Source: Camelus dromedarius
Lineage: Eukaryota
DNA length: 64,000 nucleotides
Reading direction: 5' to 3'
Assembly: GCF_036321535.1 (NCBI RefSeq)
Contig: NC_087436.1
Coordinates: forward strand, 20,090,001 to 20,154,000
Shown here: positions 26,861 to 39,720 of the stretch, one piece after another
Numbering within the stretch: the first letter of the stretch is position 1
Layout of the letters: every line of letters starts with the position of its first letter
The notes under the pieces: model-generated
What the model was told of the DNA's origin: nothing
What the model saw: the letters and a program-made list of their open reading frames with translations, nothing else
Databases searched by the model: none
Program-made: the position numbers and the translations under genes

Positions 26861-28547
26861 GTGAGGCTATATATGTTAGAACGAGTGAATCTTGATGAAT
26901 ACGTGAAAATTGGATTTTATCAGACCAGCAATCAATTTGCCTCTAGTTTCTATTGCATTGTCTGTTACCAAACATGGTTAAAGAATGGCAAGAAGCCACC
27001 GAGGCTTTTGCATTGCTTTCAAAGGACCGTGACCTTTCTGATAAACCAATCTAGTTTTTCCTGAACAAGCACAAAATCATGCTTTCTAATATGAAATTGA
27101 TACATTGTGTCATTTAAAGGTGGAGAAGAGACCAAAACTAAAGAACCATTAATCAAAGTTGTACCTACCTCCCCTCAAAAAAACCCCAAACCCAACAAAC
27201 AAACAAAAAAAACAAATATGGAAGTCACATATTGCTAAAAAGTTTATAAATCCAGCTATGAGGCTAATGATCATTACCATGCTCAGGAATTAGCTCCTGG
27301 GAATTTCCTAATCCGAGGGGACCGTTGTACATCATGTGACATCAATGGCATTCAGCACAGAAGGGCCATGCCTAGCATTAGGCTTACATTTGGAAAGAAT
27401 CACAGACATGCAGAGTATCAATCAATGCATGGCAGAAATGTGCAGAAATATATGAAAGGGAAGTGCTCAGTGACCTGCTGTTTAGTTCACTGCCCCACCC
27501 CATGCTACAGGAGATTTTTCATGTAGTTGGCAATTATTTTGTGCATCATGATACAGGCTGGAAAGACACTGCCAGCACCGGTTATGAATTCAATGAGGAA
27601 GTGTTGACTTATTTGGATAAAATGGGTGTCCCCTTCTCCCTGGCTTCATCTGAACCCAGAACATAGTTGGTGAATGTGGTTAATACATTTAAACTGTGGT
27701 CACTGAGTGTTTATCTTATGAGCAAGCTTTGTGAAGAAATTGGCAGTAAGTACAAGTCATCTTTTTCACACAGAAGTAAACTGTTTACTGGGATGAAAAT
27801 GTTTAAACAAGCTTTTAAAATCAGGGATGAGATAAAAGCATTTCTTCATGACACTAGTAAGGATATATACTTTTTTAAGTAGTTTTTTTCAAGTAGCATA
27901 TTTCAATGATATTTTCTATTGTTTAATAGCCTCGGTCTATCATGTCAGCGTGTAAATGTTATCATTTTAAATGTTGTGGCTGTCAGGATTTGTTAAGAAG
28001 ACCAAAGTATGGTATAAATATCTTAATCAAGTTTGATTTTAACACGATTTCTCATTCATTGGCGAAATCCAAGACATTATGGGATGTGCTTATATGTCAT
28101 ATCCTCAAAAATAAGATAAATGAAAGAAAGGAATTCAGATGCTGTCCCCAAACCCAGAGAAATACTTTCTACAGTGAAATGAAATCAAAGTGGAGTTGAA
28201 CTCCACTTACCATCATCTCTGAGGTTGAAACAGAGAACATTCAAGATATGAAGAATTTTTTTTTTTTAAATCTTACTAACTGACTTACTGCTGAGAGAGA
28301 AATCAGAACATACTTTCTGGGTATATGTTTGGGCCATAGGTTTAGAAGTATCAGACAGAGGTCCTGAACAATGTTGCCTATTCTGATGATCAATAATTAT
28401 GGTTAGGACCTTCTATTTCTGGAGAAACAGAGTAAGAAAAAAACATGCTTGAATGTGGGCACTAACCTATGCCTCAAGCGCTCTGTCTTTTAGAAAGTTA
28501 CAGAAACCTTGGTGAAAGATTACAAGCAGTATCATCCTTTTCACTAA
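26861..28547 (+). mobile_element. Decayed hAT (Charlie/Buster-type) DNA transposon transposase
   Basis: Fragments in collinear order: DEYVKIGF...CIVC...KKPPRLLH (BED-like N-terminus, cf. YLKFGF..C.IC..MKPSKLKRH); QEIFHVVGNYF..HDTGW; VNVVNTFKLWSLSVYLMSKLCEEIGS..FKIRDEIKAFL (cf. VKIVNFIK.RPLNSRLF..LCEEMGS..FELR.E..FL); C-terminus KQYHPFH* (cf. Q.HPSH*). Many stops and frameshifts. Confidence 0.8.
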
Positions 28548-28585
28548 TATGAAATAATAATTATTACTCATTGAAAACTATTTAG

Positions 28586-28914
28586 TTTTGGATGAACCTT
28601 GAAAACATTATGCTAAGTGGGATAAGCCAGACACAAAAGGACAAATATTGTGTGATTCCACTCATATGAAGCACCTGGACTCATGGAATTCATAGAGACA
28701 GAAAGTAAAACAGAAGTTACCAGGGACGCGGGGGTCGGGGGAAGGCAGTGGGGAGTTAGTGTTTAGTGGGTACAGGGTTTCTGTTTGGGGTGATGGAAAA
28801 GTTCTAGAAATGGATGGCGGTGATGGTTGCCTAACAATGCGAATGTACTTAATACCACTGAACTGTACACTTAAAAATGGTTAATTTGTTATGTATATTT
28901 TACCACAGTAAAAA
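28586..28914 (+). mobile_element. L1MB-type 3' end
   Basis: tggatgaaccttgaaaacattatgctaagtg...gtacttaataccactgaactgtacacttaaaaatggttaa...tattttaccacagtaaaaa. Confidence 0.8.
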
Positions 28915-29399
28915 ATGATGTTTTAAAATTTATTTCTTATTTATTTATTTATATTATTTTAAAACTAGTAAAAATGAATTTCAGCACACCCCACATGGTT
29001 AGTCTTGTGTGGCCTATGGACCTGAAGCCAGCTCTAAAAATTCTCTTTTAGAGCCTTTTGAAACATCAATTTTACAGAATAAAAGAAGTGAGAGCTGATT
29101 GGCAAAGTCCAAGAGGAGGCCTTGGAGAATGAAGGCCAGGAGGTGACGGCTGGAGCTTCTGGAAGTTTGCTGTGGAGAATCCTCTTTCCTCTCGAGTCCA
29201 GAGAGACGTTGAACGTTCGGTCTCCTTTCCACCGAGGAGAATTCGGTCCAGGGTCAGGGAATGGAAGCACACTGGTGGCGGTCTGTTTGACAGTTCTGGG
29301 TCTCTTTTGCACCGGAGCTCCCTAGGCATACTGGACTGAAAGCCTTTGGCTGTGGAATTTCTTCTTTAGGCAGAAGCACAGGGCACAACCTCAACTTGC

Positions 29400-29401
<2 letters not shown>

Positions 29402-29439
<38 letters not shown>
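29402..29439. repeat. (GT)n microsatellite
   Basis: Directly visible. Confidence 0.95.
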
Positions 29440-29443
<4 letters not shown>

Positions 29444-29600
29444 TGGGGTGAGGGGCAGTCTTGAGCCCCAGACTGAGCCTTTAACCTGTGGGATTCCCTG
29501 TAGATAGTGTCAGAATTGAGTTAAATCATATTGCACCCAGCTAGTGTCCGAGAATTGCTTGGTGGTGGGGGCCAAACCCACATATTGGAATGGGTGTCAG
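29440..29600 (+). mobile_element. ERVL-type LTR 3' end (MER21/MER77-like)
   Basis: gactgagcctttaacctgtgggat...tagatagtgtcagaattgagttaaat...cacccagctagtgtccgagaattgcttggtg. Confidence 0.6.
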
Positions 29601-31702
29601 TATTAAGGGTATCATTTCTATTGTTATTTCTTTGCTCCTCCTTCATTTTTTTTTCTCACTTATGTCTTGTGTGATCACTACAGGTCATCTGTCAGTATCT
29701 TAGTTGCTCTCAAATGATCTTAACACTTTTTGTTATGCCTTATTTTTAAAGGAACATATTTTGTTTTTTTCTTTTTAGAAAAAGCAATGCAGTCTTACTG
29801 AAGAAAAATTATAAAACACAGATCAGCAACAAGAGTCAATAAAACACCCATCAAGGCAGCATTTTTATTATTATGAATGTATACACATTAATTTACTACA
29901 AAGAGACCATTCCATACACATTTTTTAAAATCTGATTTTTAAATTACTGGTCTACCACGAACTTCTTCCCATTCTGATAAATATTCATCTACAGTATAAT
30001 TTTTAATGGCTAAAAAATTCCATGTTTATAAATATATATATATAATACTAAAATGCATTCCTGAACGATTGGCACAGACTTTGTAGGTTCAGGAAATACA
30101 TAAATGCCTTCATTTGTTTTCTCTCTTCTGTGTTGTACTTTAAGGCAATTAGGAAGAAAGGATTTGCTCTGCCTTTCCTAATCCCTCCGCAGCTGCATTT
30201 TGACTATTTAGATGTAGCCACAGCTGACCAAGGTTATGTGTGCTGCCGTTTCTGCCTGTGCGATAGTTCTTAGATAAATCCTGAAAAATGACTATGATTG
30301 CTAGAGAACCCTGGGAGGAGCTCAGTGTATTTATTCGTGCACTGATTGTCTTCTGGCTGTGCACTTGGGACTGTGAATGGTGGTTAGCGACTGAAACACG
30401 AAGTTCAATATAGAAAAAGGGAAAAGACAAAGCCTCTTCCAGGAAGGGAATTTGGCTTTTGAATTGAAATCTGTAGGGAACGCCAGCATTTTTCCAAAGC
30501 TGATGCCACCTAAGTATTTCCATGTGCCACCCAAAGCCTATTTATAACCATGTTCAGATTTCAAAGGCCCTCGGAGATCAAAAGGGATGGAGGGCTGCGA
30601 TCTGCTGGCAAAGCACTGTTTTTCAGGAAGGAAAGAATGTGTCCGTGAAAGGGGGCCATTTCTCTCTTGGCTTTTTTCAGTGATCCCAGTGAGGTTCCTC
30701 CTCATCTTGTCAGCTACGTCTCCTCTTTTCTCTGCCTCAATATCACCTGAAGAAGTCACGGAGGAGCAACATTTCCTGTGAGTGTAGCTAAACCACACCT
30801 GAGTTCCCATTCTGTCCCCAGGAGAGGGACCGCTCTGCTGGTGACATAACAAGTTCCCTCAAATTTGAGGACCAAGCTGGCCACCAGCTAGAAGCTCTGA
30901 AGTCAAGAGGGTTTACACACAAGTAGAAATTCATCTTCCTGTTGGCCATCTGCATTTCTCCTTTTGGAAGAATGTCTATTCAGTTCTTCTGTCCGTATTG
31001 TAAGTGGGCTGGTTGGTCGGTTGCTTTTTAATTGAAATCCAGTTGATGTAAAATGTTGAGAAACAGTAAAATTATGAACATAATCAAGGATACCTTGAAA
31101 TTAAATTAAACTTAAAATGAAAGTTATATCTTTATGGTTAAAATATATGGGCAATTGATTCTCCTGGAGATAGTACTGTTCCTAAACCACAGGCATTTCT
31201 AATCACCTGTAAGGATAAGCACAACCTAGTAGACAAAGGATTAAAATTCACACACTTCAAAAAACAGAGCCAGCTTAATTCTAAAATCTATTCTGGTTTA
31301 TTCATCACATATAACTTTCCCCTTTCAATGTTCCAAATCCCTCTGGCCATGCCCAAGGGTATGTCTATGGACTTAGAAAATAGATCTTTGTGCACACACA
31401 AACTTCCATACAGTTTCCGATAACATTTCCAGAGCAGTTGTTCATGCTAACATTTTAGAAATCTTCACAATTTAAAATGAAGCCAGGATTCATTTAAAAA
31501 GCCCCAACTGAAAAAGTCCCAAAGGAATACTTAACTAATGCTCCAAAAGTAACTGTTGAGTGAAACCCTGTTCTTCAGTCAACACATCTCCTAGAAACAT
31601 GAAAATTTGTATTTGTCAGCATAGAAACATATTTGTATTTTCACTTAAAATGACCCACCTTACGCTCATGTCCTTGGTTCACTTCCCTTTTCTCTCTCCT
31701 CT

Positions 31703-31707
<5 letters not shown>

Positions 31708-31739
<32 letters not shown>
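31708..31739. repeat. (AC)n microsatellite
   Basis: Directly visible. Confidence 0.95.
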
Positions 31740-31743
<4 letters not shown>

Positions 31744-32194
31744 AAGTACCCCCAAATATTTCTTGAATAAGTGATCCTTTCTTAGGATAAGAAAATATAT
31801 ACACATGACTAGAGCAGAATTATTTCTCAAGTCAAGACACTGAAGAGAGACAAGACTTTTAATGAAAACACACAAACTGTGAGAGACTTTTAGATCTGGA
31901 AATGACCTTACAGTTCATCCAACTCCTTCATTGTACAGACGGAAAACTCCTGCCAGGGAAGCTAGGTTGAGCTTCCCAAGGCCATATGGCCATCTGTTGG
32001 CAAAGCTGACATTAAATGACCCCCAGCCTCCACGCCTCCCGACCAGCACCTCTACTCTATCATCTCTCATGTCATGTATGTTTGATGAAATCGATATACG
32101 CAATAATGATATACATATTAATATAATACATATATATGTTTATAAAATATACAACGGCATTTATTGAAACTTACACTACTTGTGAGTCAGTCCC

Positions 32195-32385
32195 TCACAG
32201 AAACCTTCACTTGTCTCTCAGACTTGGTCAGCAAGCCCCCTTTCCCTTTAATCTCCCGTAGTTAGAATCAACTGATTGGGGACTTTAATTATATCTTCAA
32301 AATCCCTTCACAGCAAACACCTAGATTAGAGCTGAAATACCAGGACCCTAGCCTAGACAAGCTGACATACCCAAAACCTCATTAC
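32195..32385 (-). mobile_element. MLT2-like LTR fragment
   Basis: aatcaactgatt.gggactttaattatatcttcaaaatcccttcacagcaa.cacctagattag...caagctgacatac. Confidence 0.65.
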
Positions 32386-35300
32386 ACGCAGGTAAAGGCA
32401 AAAAGAAGGAAAGGAATCAGAGACACCCAAGAAAAACAAAAAGTCCCATCATCAGAAAGTTATGGGCCAAGTGAAAAGCAAACTAAAATTCAGTGTTATT
32501 TTGATTACATGGTAGAACACAGAAAAGGAGAATCCATTTGAACTTGACTGTGGAAACGTTTTCCACTGAGGCTCACCAGCTGTGGCGACCCTAGAACCAT
32601 AGGGGAGGACGGGGAATCAGGGCTCACCACTTGGCTCTAGACAGACACAGTTTACTTAGTGATGATAGTAAACACTGTTTATTGGTTTGAAATATTTAGA
32701 ATCAACCTGCGGGCAAATCACAGGAGACTTGACTGTTTAAGGAACACAGTGTGAGCGCCATCAACCTTGACATTGTACAAACAGAGGTTCAGGTTACGAG
32801 GCTGGGAGGAGAAGTTGAGGGCAAGGTGAAGGAAACAAGAATGGGGAAATCACTACCCGGGGAGGAGGCGGGAAGGGGATGTGGGAGCCACGTAGATGAG
32901 CTAAATCCTCTATCACAGGAGGGAATCAATAAACGAGGTCTAGAATTGATACATCAAGCAATAGACGTAGAAGCCTTATTATTCAGAGCTGTGAAGATGG
33001 CAACCAAAAGAAAACAACGGATGAACAATGGTTGCGTCTAGGCAGCAAAATGAAGAAAGGTGAGAGCAGAGTCCAGGAGAGTTGTTTCACGATGGCAAAT
33101 CCTCCATACTGTTTGATGGTTCATTAATCATGTGCCTGTTGCCTTTATAAAAAATTTAAGCAATTGTATTTGTAAACAAAATCTCAGACAAAAACAACAG
33201 GCAGTGTGAGATTTGTGAAAGATTTTAGACACAAGAGAGCGTTGTGTTAATCATATTATTTACAACAGAAATCCAGGATTACCACCCAGCCTTCGATTGC
33301 TCGTGTCCTCAATGAAGCCCCCCCCCCCCCAAGATTCTTGATGGGGGGCTAACATTCAGCATGGTCGTGCACATAACTGGCTTGGAGATTGGGGAAGAAT
33401 ACCAGAGAAGAAGTCAAGTATAATGTGGTCATAACATAGCATCTGACCCCTAATCAGTATCAGATGTGTTTCTCCAATCACCCGTCTTCTCAGCCCATCT
33501 GCCTTTTGGCTGCTCACACGGACAGTCAGCTTAGATGAAACTGAGACATGACTACAGGGTGAAGGAACCTGGGGAGAGGGGACCATTGTGCCAGTGACCC
33601 CAATTCTATTAGAGTGTCACCCCACACTGCAGGTGAATAAGGCTCTCCTTGGAACTGTCCCAGGTTTTACTTCCTCTTTGCAATTTCCTGGCAGCCCTGC
33701 CCCAAGGCTAGAAGAAATCTTGTCTCCTGCCAGAAGCCACTCTCAGTAAATGTTTTCTGGGTAAATGCCTGCATGCATGAATGAATGATGAGAGGCTGGA
33801 GGAAGAAGCTTGCAACAGGGGCTTGGAAACAAGCAAGACAGCACGTGGTCACCTGGAGTCTCTTTGTGGGTAGGGGTAACATGGGGGACTGGGAGTAGGG
33901 GGCAGACAACAGTCTTCTCCTTTTCTTCTTTTTGCTGTCAGCCCTGAATTCTGCTCGTGTTTCTCTCCTGCCTTGGGGTACTTTGCCCCTGACCTGGGCT
34001 TGCAGGGTCCCCCTCCTGCTCTACTGTGTTCTGTTCTGTTTGCAATGTATACGCAGCTCTCCCTCCTAGGTTTGCAATGCTAAGGCTTTATTTCTCCAAT
34101 TTTACATCAGGTTCCCATCATTTTCCTTCTGGCTTTCATCTTCTGGACCATCTAGTCTTTTTCAGGAATCCCTGGAGAGGAAAGATAGGGGTTTCAGAAT
34201 GATAACGATGTATCTCATTGAAGTTTTCTGCAACTGGGAGCTTTTTCTCCCTCTCTCCCTCCCCCAATTGATTTGAGCACTCTGAGTGAGGCTTTTTCAG
34301 CAATAATTCCAAGCTTTAAATAGAATCACCACAGGCAGATGTGCAACCTGGGAAGAATCTCCTGTTCTTTAATATTATTTAAAAGCCAAGAAAATGGGCA
34401 CATGGCAATAGGTTTCTCTTGTCACTTTCGACAGCAACTGCACAGAGGCAGTAATTCTAAAGAAGGTCCCATTCCGTGAGGAACAAACACAGAACCTCTT
34501 TTTCTTTTTTTTTTTTTTTTTTTAACCATCTACAATCAAAGAACCATGATGCTCCTCTTTCTAAAAGCATAAAAATGGAGTCGAGGCGAAACTTTTCCAG
34601 GGAACTTCTGATGATCACTTCCATCAGAGAAAACAAAGTAATAAAATGCACAGTCCTTTTAAAAGAGTTAAATAACTTGGCTCATGTATAAATAAAGCAA
34701 GCCATCATGATTTTAGAAACGAAGAGCCTATGAGACTGCAATTTTAAAAGCTCAAACACAGCTCAGTAATTTTATTACAAAATTTGATTTCTGACCTGTA
34801 GGACAAACTTAAATGAAATTTTAGAAGTGTCTCCAAAGTATGTGGGGGAAAAATGGGGGAACCAAATTGCACTTCACCGAAGGACAGTTGCAGAATCCTG
34901 GTGTAAAACAGAGATCAAATGTAATACGCGTATTATTAACCCCTAGTTTTAAAGTGGTACCCTTTGATACCATATTTAATTTAGGACAAATGGAATCCTG
35001 CCATCAGTTTAAGAAGCCTTGCTAGGGAAACTGGCAGAGCATCGGGCCTCTCTGATGGATGATGACGTGGCTAAGGAGTGGGAGGACCGCTGGAGACTGG
35101 GTTCTAGACATAGCTATGACACAAAGGTGCGGTGAGGCCTTGGACAAATTACCCAAGGGCTCAGGCTTCAGTTTTCTTCATAAAGGGAGAGGAGTTGACA
35201 GTGGGTTATATCTTAACCTTTTGTTGGTCACAGGTGGTTCTGAAAATTTAGTGAAAGCTACAGGTCCATCCACCCCCAGGGAAAAGACACCCTTCCAGGG

Positions 35301-36047
35301 AAAATACACCTTGGTGCATACGCAGAACATTTCTATGCAGTTTCAGGAGTTCATCGCCTCACTCGTAAAGCCCAAATGCACGGACCATCTGCGGGCCTGG
35401 GGCTCAGTGTTCTCCCTGGTCCCTCAAGCTCTCTCCAATGTGACTGTCTGCTGGGCTCCCTCAGCTCAGGTGTGAGCCAGGCTGGGCTACAGCTTGGAAA
35501 CCCCATTCTAGTGCCATGATCACAAATACCCTCCACAAAAGCTTATTGAATTTAACATACATACATATTCACTTGCCTTCGTGTATGTTTTTAGTAAACA
35601 ATATTCAAAAGAGGTAGAACATAGGAATCCCAAGGAAGGAAAGTCCAGATCTCACACTCAGACTCAGAGGGAGCCTTCCCCATGGGAAAAGTGACTCATG
35701 GTCAGCTCTCCAAGGGTAACAATCAGTTTCTGGGATACCAGTTTTCTCCAGCAAGAAGCATTTAACGAAGCTCTTGGTGAATTCATTCTTTCCTTCAGAC
35801 AAGCATTTACTGAAGGCTTGTTATATTCCAAGCCTGGTGGGAATCCTAAGATAAATAAGACACTCTCCTGTCAGCAAACAGCGACCGGTAGAGTGGGGGA
35901 AGACGATGAGAAAATTACACTGGAAATCTTTATTGCTTAAAATGGGAGGATGTCGAGAGTGGCGCTCCAGGAGAATAGCAGGGGGGCACCCAACACCGCC
36001 GGAGACAGACACTGGGGAGGCCACACTGAAAAGGTGATGCTTCAATA

Positions 36048-36590
36048 TTTTTTTAAATTGGAGTATGGTCAGTTTACAATGTTGTGTCAATTTCTGGTGA
36101 ACAGCACAATGCTTCAGTCATACAGGTACGTAAGTATATTCCTTTTCATTATAGGTTACTACAGGATATTCAAGGATATTCACAGGATAGTTCCCTGTGC
36201 TATATAGAAGAAACTTGTTTATCAATTTTATTTATTTAATTAATTAATTTCTTTTCTTTTTTTTAATTGAAGTATAGTCAGTTTACAGTGTTGTGTCAAT
36301 TTCTGTTGTACAAAATAATAGTTCAGTCATACATAGACATACATATCTTCCATTTCATAGTCTATCTATTTCATATATAGCGGTTACTCTCTGCAAATCT
36401 CAAACTCCCAATTTATCCCTTCCCACCCTCTTTTTCTCCTCCCTCCCCCTCCCAACCCCAGTAACCATTAGTTTGTCTTCTATGTCTGTGAGTCTGTTTC
36501 TGTTTTGTAAATAAGTTCATTTGTGTCTTCTTTCTTCTCTTTTTAGACGCCACATATGAGTGCTATCATATGGTATTTTTCTTTCTCAGT
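36048..36590 (-). mobile_element. Two adjacent L1 3' UTR fragments
   Basis: Two starts tttaaattggagtatggtcagtttacaatgttgtgt / ttaattgaagtatagtcagtttacagtgttgtgt, each followed by L1 3' UTR sequence. Confidence 0.8.
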
Positions 36591-36964
36591 ACTTCCTGAT
36601 GATGAGTTAAGATTTTCTAGGCAGTATGAGAAGGGCCCCTCAGGGAGAGGCTGTGTAGGAACAGGCTGTTGTCATAAGTGGAGATGACAATTTTCCAGCG
36701 TGACTGGCACTTAGGGCCTGTGTGGGGACACCCTAGGGGATGAGAGGAGCCAGACTGGGAAGGGTCTGCACGTGCTCTGCAAGTCATGGTGCTGTATAGC
36801 TTTTGTTATTATGCATGCCACATGTGGTGATAGGGACGCACTGGAAGATTTCCATCAGAGTAGAGAGATAACATTGGTATTTTAGAAAAAGGCTGTAGAG
36901 GATGGATTGGAGGTGAGGGAGGCTGGAGGCAAGTTAATTATTACTCTGTTTTTTTCTTCCAAAA

Positions 36965-37200
36965 CAACTTTTTATTGAAGTCTAGTTGATTTACAATGTT
37001 GTGTTAGTTTCAGGTGTACAGCAAAGTGATTCAGTTATACTATATATATATATTCATTTTTAGATTATTTTCCAGTATAGGTTATTACAAAGTATTGAAT
37101 ATAGTTCCCTGTGCTACACAGTAGGACCTTGTTGTTTATCTATTTTATATATAGAAGTGCATATCTGTTAATTCCAAACTCCTAATTTATCCCTTCCCTG
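36965..37200 (-). mobile_element. L1 3' UTR fragment
   Basis: ttgaagtctagttgatttacaatgttgtg...tattgaatatagttccctgtgctac; flanked by taatta(tt/cc)actct. Confidence 0.8.
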
Positions 37201-37324
37201 CTGACTAATTACCACTCTTTATGCAAATCTCTCTTTGCATGCTCTCTTGATAAATTTTTACTCATCTATGCCCAATGCTTATATGACAATTTTTGATGCT
37301 AATTTGCTCACTAGTAATTGTCAA

Positions 37325-37440
37325 TTCTTCTTCTTCTTTTCTTTTCTTTTCTTTTTTTTAAATGGAGGTACAGGGGATTGAACCCAGGATCTTGTGCATG
37401 CTAAGCATATGTTCTACTGCCGAGTTATACCCTTCCCTCA
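37325..37440 (-). mobile_element. tRNA-Ala-derived SINE (Vic-1-type)
   Basis: tRNA-like head and T-rich tail; TSD ctcactagtaa at 37307-37317 and 37441-37451. Confidence 0.85.
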
Positions 37441-39079
37441 CTCACTAGTAACCGTGTGCTGAGAGTCATATGACCTCATATTCATCCATTATGATTTTGT
37501 TTGTAACCCCAGTTTGAATAAAATCTCACTTAAATGAGCTTTTCTGTTCTACACACATGCCCACAAATATAGTTTAACTAAGAAACATCACCCTAATTGG
37601 GAAAAAAGAGCTTGCAAAATACTGTGAAGGTTACTTTCGGGTAGCACGAATTTGCAGCCTTTGAGACGGTGAGCAGGGGGCAATCCCGGCTACAATACTG
37701 GTTCAAGTGTCTTAACGTTTTATTTCAGAACACACAGCTTGCCAGTTTTGTATATGATCGAATGGTGAACGCTACTTTTATATCACCAGCAAGACGCTTT
37801 CCCTTGCCATACCTTATTTATTCTTTCATTCCACAAATATTTACTAGGCTCCTACCATATTCCAGGCAAGGTTTGAGAAACAGAGGACATACTGTTGGAA
37901 AAGACAGAAAGTCTCCCTCATCAAGTGGTGACAAGGGCTAAAGAGAATTCAAGTAGGTGTCCTGACCGAGAGGCCCTGGCTGCCTGAGAGGTCAGCAAGG
38001 ACCAGGAGGTAATTCTCAAGGAGGTGCCATCATGCAAATAGCAGGGACCGAGCCCTGGGGGAAGAGGGAGTGAGTGGGGGTACAGAGGCGCTCTGGGGGC
38101 GGGAGCTTGGTGTGTTTGGGGATTTGGATTGGGGTGGGATGAAGCAAGGTGGGAGAGGTAACAGAAGCCAGAGCACACAGGACACGGGCTCTCAAACCTG
38201 AGACCTGCTGCCCTAAAATGAAGTTCCCAGAAAATATGTTTTTTCCCACCTTAACTGTTTTTTTAAACTTAAAAACATATTAAGAAGGCAAAAGCTATCT
38301 AATTCCTCTAGGAAACATAAAAGTGGTATTAAAACTGAAATCCCAGCCTCTAGTTTGTGGGTGGCCCATTAGTTGATGGATCTCATATCCAGCTTTTCTC
38401 TGGAGAAGACCCCTCCTACATGGCCCATGTCAGTTACTGGTTATTTTGTTATAAGGTTGTTATGACAACTGTACTACATGCATTGGGAAATAATTTGTGC
38501 TTCCTTTCCAAGCGCCCTCAACTCATCCCTCAACGGATAAATATAATTAGTCCAATATTTTTACTCATAAGTCCCCACTAATGTCATCAATCAACCACTA
38601 ATTCATGCTAACAGAATCATTTAAAAAAGCAATTTATACTAAAGTACTTTGTGTTTCAACATGTAGTGCTTAGGCACAGCTCTTCTGGAAGGTACTAAGC
38701 AGGCAGAGGATTGCCCATCAGGTAGAACCAACTGTGCACATGGAGAAAATTTGCAGTAGTGACACAGATACAGCCAGTGGCTTCTCCTGGGGTGAGGTGA
38801 TTTTCTGCTGTGGTAAACATTTTTAGAAAAAGCTTGGAACAAATCAAAACAACACACATTCTTTTTACTTTGCATTTAATATGTAATATTGAGTCAGGAT
38901 CCAGGCTCAGATGCTGATCAATAGGTAGAATAAAGGGCAATCCCACAACTGTGGGACAGCTAGCTTCCCTTACCCTGCCCACTCAATGCCAGTAGCAGCC
39001 CCCTCCCGATTGTCATGACAATCAAAAGTGCTCCGGTACAATGCCAATCACTCCCTAAAAATGAGAACCACTGAGACAA

Positions 39080-39720
39080 GAGCCACAGAAGGAGTTTAGG
39101 TTTGATTCTAAGTGCCCAGGGGAGCCCACTGACAGTTTTGTGCTAGGAAGTGACAAACTATTTGCATTTTTAAGTGACAGTTCTGGAAGCCATGCGGAGA
39201 ATCAATTGTAGTGAGGGCAAGAATGGAGGCAGGGAGACCAGCCAGGAAGGAAGGTAGTTGTCCAGGCAAGAGATGATAGTGCCTGAGACAAGGATGGAAG
39301 GGGCAGATGCAGAAAGAAATGGGTAGATGAAGGATGTGTTTTGAGGGTAGAGGAAACAGGATCTACTGATGGAATGGCTGTAGGATGAGAAAAGGTTTTT
39401 GGCTTTAGGAACTGGATGATGGTTAGTGATGGCATTTACTAAGAAGGAGAAGATGTGGGTGGTAGGGAAGTGGTCTGGGAATCACGAGGTCGGTTTGGGC
39501 CACATTAAGTTGGAGATGACACCCGTGTGGAGATGTCAAGTGAGCAGTTAGATGTATGATTTCCCAAGAGATGCTCTGGCCGGAGACAGGTCTGTGAGTC
39601 TGTGGTACCACAAGGGCAACGAAAGCCAAGGAGTTGAAGAGTGGAGGAGGTCACCTGAGGGGAGGGAGTGGGTGGAGGATGGAAAGGAAGCCAGAACAGA
39701 GCCTTGGGGCCCTCCAACAC
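39080..39720 (-). mobile_element. L2 LINE fragment
   Basis: ggaggcagggagaccagccaggaagg...tagttgtccaggcaagagatgat...gtggagatgtcaagtgagcagttagatgtatg. Confidence 0.7.
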
